Below, one piece after another: positions 63,190-64,000 of a DNA stretch of 64,000 bases. Origin of the DNA: Marsupella aquatica. Lineage: Eukaryota > Plantae > Marchantiophyta. How positions within the stretch are numbered: the first letter of the stretch is position 1; the number at the start of each line of letters is the position of its first letter. The notes under the pieces were generated by a model. The model was not told where the DNA came from. It saw only the letters and a program-made list of their open reading frames with translations, and searched no databases. The position numbers and the translations under genes were made by a program. The DNA lies in the NCBI GenBank assembly GCA_973895155.1, contig OZ316898.1:11617187-11681186 (forward strand), in the 5' to 3' direction.

Positions 63190-64000
63190 GGACGGTCCAG
63201 ATCTTCCAAGATCTGCGGAGATCTGCCCTAAAGTGTCTCATCTGCGCGAAACTTGCGGAAGGTGTTTAGTGAGCTCATCAGGACAGAGAGCCTGAGGGTT
63301 CGGACGCGGCCACGGCTTCATGCACCCTGCGCAGCGCGGGAGCATTCAGTCGCAGTTTAGAGCTATCGGTTTGGCAGCATTGCGCGGAGATAATCAGAGG
63401 AATACACCGGTTCTGCCATGCGAAAAACGCAGAGTTCGCTTTTCAATCGGTCCGAAATACCTGCAAATGCTTGCCTGTTCTGCGCCAGAGTTTTGGACTG
63501 CTTAGGATAAGCTGGGTGCGAACGCTCGCCTGGGAATTCTGATTTCATTCACTGGATGCCAATTGGAAGGAGGGAATTATGCCCGTGAAATGGTGAGCAA
63601 AATGTTGAGATGATAATGCTTTGCAAGCTGGGCTGTCCATGGTAGCAAAGGCCTAGTTGGTTGGTTAGTGGTTCTGGCGACGTAAAATTGATGAGTTGAG
63701 GTGTTGCTGCAGGCTTCTTCATTGGCAGCCAAACCAGGGGGGACAAATAGGAAGCCAGACGCTATTGGACGTGATGAAGAGTATCGAGAGCATCAATGGT
63801 GTTCGGACTGGTCGATGGCAGGTCACTGCTTCTCAGTATCGCCCTAATCAACGTGGTTTGTTTCTTCCCGGTCCAATTGTTCTACTTTAGGGGTTGGAAT
63901 GCTGCTACTGTACGAGTTAGAGGATTAGTATTTGCGCCTAAAATTGATTCCCGACTAAAACTCACGCTGCAGCAGACCACATTATCACTTTGCAGCCGTT

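Overview
Eukaryotic nuclear DNA from a land plant. I infer a bryophyte-grade host, most like a liverwort, from gene style, long UTRs and TE content; the species cannot be fixed from sequence alone. Positions ~1-41 kb are mostly transposon relics: L1 and CRE non-LTR fragments, Helitrons, foldback/MITE and Tc1/mariner-type relics, and tandem arrays. They include a young Ty1/Copia element (21496-31484; 211-bp LTRs with 2 mismatches, CAAAT TSD, tRNA-iMet PBS). This element has an internal 914-bp inversion, a nested 5'-truncated CACTA element with a spliced TnpA-like gene, and a hidden antisense ORF encoding an RNase H1 N-terminal (Cauli_VI / hybrid-binding) domain. Host genes are an intronless plastid 3-oxoacyl-ACP reductase (33116-34102, -), an intronless RELCH/KIAA1468-like LisH-HEAT protein (42365-45832, +), an unrecognised multi-exon gene for a probable beta-barrel protein (46891-51115, -), a 12-exon 2-isopropylmalate synthase (53943-58770, +) and a 5-exon 60S ribosomal protein P0 (61170-62850, -). 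The top finding is the Copia antisense hybrid-binding-domain ORF. Next are the orphan beta-barrel gene and the GW/WG-rich N-terminus of the CACTA TnpA. All exon models and alignments were made by eye; no database searches were run.
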